From: Octopus sinensis
Taxonomy: Eukaryota
Direction: 5' to 3'
Assembly (NCBI RefSeq): GCF_006345805.1
Contig: NC_042997.1
Location: 180,482,001-180,546,000 of the forward strand
Length of the DNA stretch: 64,000 bases
Shown here piece by piece: positions 62,383 through 64,000 of the stretch; positions within the stretch are counted from its first letter, which is position 1; every line of letters begins with the position of its first letter. Made by a program: the position numbers and the translations under genes. The notes below the pieces were generated by a model, which did no database searches, was not told where the DNA came from, and saw only the letters and a program-made list of their open reading frames with translations.

Positions 62383-63408
62383 AGTATATGTGTGTATGTT
62401 TTTTTGTGTGTGTATTTATATTAGGTTCATATGCTATAGAGAATAGGGTAGGTCGATTTTGGGACTGTAATCTGGACTAGTTTAGACAGAAAAGTATTAT
62501 TGTACAGAAAACTTTGCATTAACTCTTTTTTATGAAGATTATTCTATGTTTTGAGGATTCCCAGTTATCTTTATGTTGTAAAATTGTATAATTTTATACA
62601 TAAAATGCCTACCATCGGATCTGGTTTAATGGAAATAATCAAGTAAAATTTGTCGTTTTCAAAAAAATACAATACTTGAAAATTGTTTAAATGTTTTATA
62701 GATGTTTATTGATGTATCATTTTGTACTCTCTAATGATATTTGCCTATCAAATGCTTATTAAATTAAGTTATGTTCAGATATTCGATAAGCATGGGTAGA
62801 AAAATTACGTCTGCAGTATTAACTCGAAATAATAGTACCAATAAATTTGGTTGTCAGCCTTCCCCTTTATATAAATACAGAGCCTCCTACCCTCCACCAA
62901 GTTACTCAGTACAGTTATTTTCTTCAAAACAGCCACACGGACTTGAAAGACAAAAAGTAAAAATAAATATATTGCTAAAATAATAGCAAAGGATGTAACT
63001 GGGATGTGGCAGGCAGTGAACTTACGGTTGCTCCTGTGTGAGGAATATTATATAATGAAATTGGTGGATAAAGTGTGCTTCAAGAAAGCAAAAGACATAA
63101 ATCGCAAATCTCTTTCCACGGTCCAGGAGCAGGATATGGCGGAAAAGCTGGATAAAGTTTTTGACATTTCTGCTTGAAATTGTAAGCTAATTTCTTCGCC
63201 CTTGTGATGACAATGTGTGAAGTGCAAGAAAGAAAATTGTCAAGCTCAGCACATAATCTCCACGTGCCCTCCCAGTAAGAAGGCAAAGCTATTTTTTTTC
63301 TTTTTACTTTTAACCAATCTTACTTAGCTCGATTACTTGTCTTTTAAGCAGAAGAAAATACCATGGATGTAATTGGAAGATATAAGCATTTTCCTTTTGT
63401 AATCTCAT

Positions 63409-63572
63409 AGGCGTAGGAGTGGCTGTGTGGTAAGTAGCTTGCTTACCAACCACATGGTTCCGGGTTCAGTCCCACTGCGTGGCACCTTGGGCAAGTGTCT
63501 TCTAACATAGCCTCGGGCCGACTAAAGCCTTGTGAGTGGATTTGGTAAACGGAAACTGAAAGAAGCCCGTCG

Positions 63573-63611
<39 letters not shown>

Positions 63612-63860
63612 ATGTGTGTGTGTGTGTGTGGTGTGTGTGTGTGTGTGTGTGCGTGTATGTTTGTGTGTCTGTGTTTGTCACCTAGCATTGCTTGACAACA
63701 GAGCTGGTGTGTTTATGTCCCCGTCACCTAGCGGTTCGGCAAAATAGACCGATAGAATAAGTACTGGGCTTACAAAGAATAAGTCCTGCGGTCGAGTTGC
63801 CCGACTAAAGTCGGTGTTCCAGCATGGCCACAGTCAATTGACTGAAACATGTAAAAGAGT
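63409..63860 (+). mobile_element. SINE family A, full length, low divergence
   Basis: AGGCGTAGGAGTGGCTGTGTGGTAAGTAGC...GGTTCAGTCCCACTG...internal (AT)/(GT) tract...ACTGAAACATGTAAAAGAG. Confidence 0.9.
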
Positions 63861-64000
63861 ACTTTTCCCCTCGTATAAAAAAATTCATCATTAATTTTTT
63901 CATGACTTTATCTCTTGTCTTAAATCCACTGTTCAATATTTCACGTTCCAGTACAGGGAATGCTTAAGAGATCAGAGGGCCAAAATAGGACCCAAGGGTT

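Overview
This is eukaryotic, very AT-rich DNA saturated with microsatellites and repeats. The SINE families and repeat load point to an octopus (cephalopod) genome; this is inference and was not database-checked. I cannot support any intact host protein-coding gene, and almost all ORFs in the track are microsatellite or antisense-to-TE artefacts. The window is a graveyard of mobile elements: about 25 tRNA-derived SINE copies (4 families), two Penelope-like element (PLE) relics (one split by an RTE LINE), three RTE pieces, four restriction-like-endonuclease LINE relics, a Tc1 with both TIRs, a mariner-type relic, a Gypsy integrase relic, a Helentron-type non-autonomous element, and an ORF1-only (RRM-like + CCHC) retroelement family with a conserved 3' hairpin. 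The most interesting signal is RNA-structural. At least six hammerhead-ribozyme-like motifs from several unrelated repeat families are present, with covarying stems, palindromic helix III and recurrent core variants (extra A after A9; U-U at the base of stem II; a G3:C8 swap). One complete core has a non-standard, pseudoknotted strand order. Many long fold-back hairpins sit in or next to (AT)n tracts. Together these suggest a PLE/retrozyme-like ribozyme system. All structures were derived by hand and need computational and biochemical confirmation.
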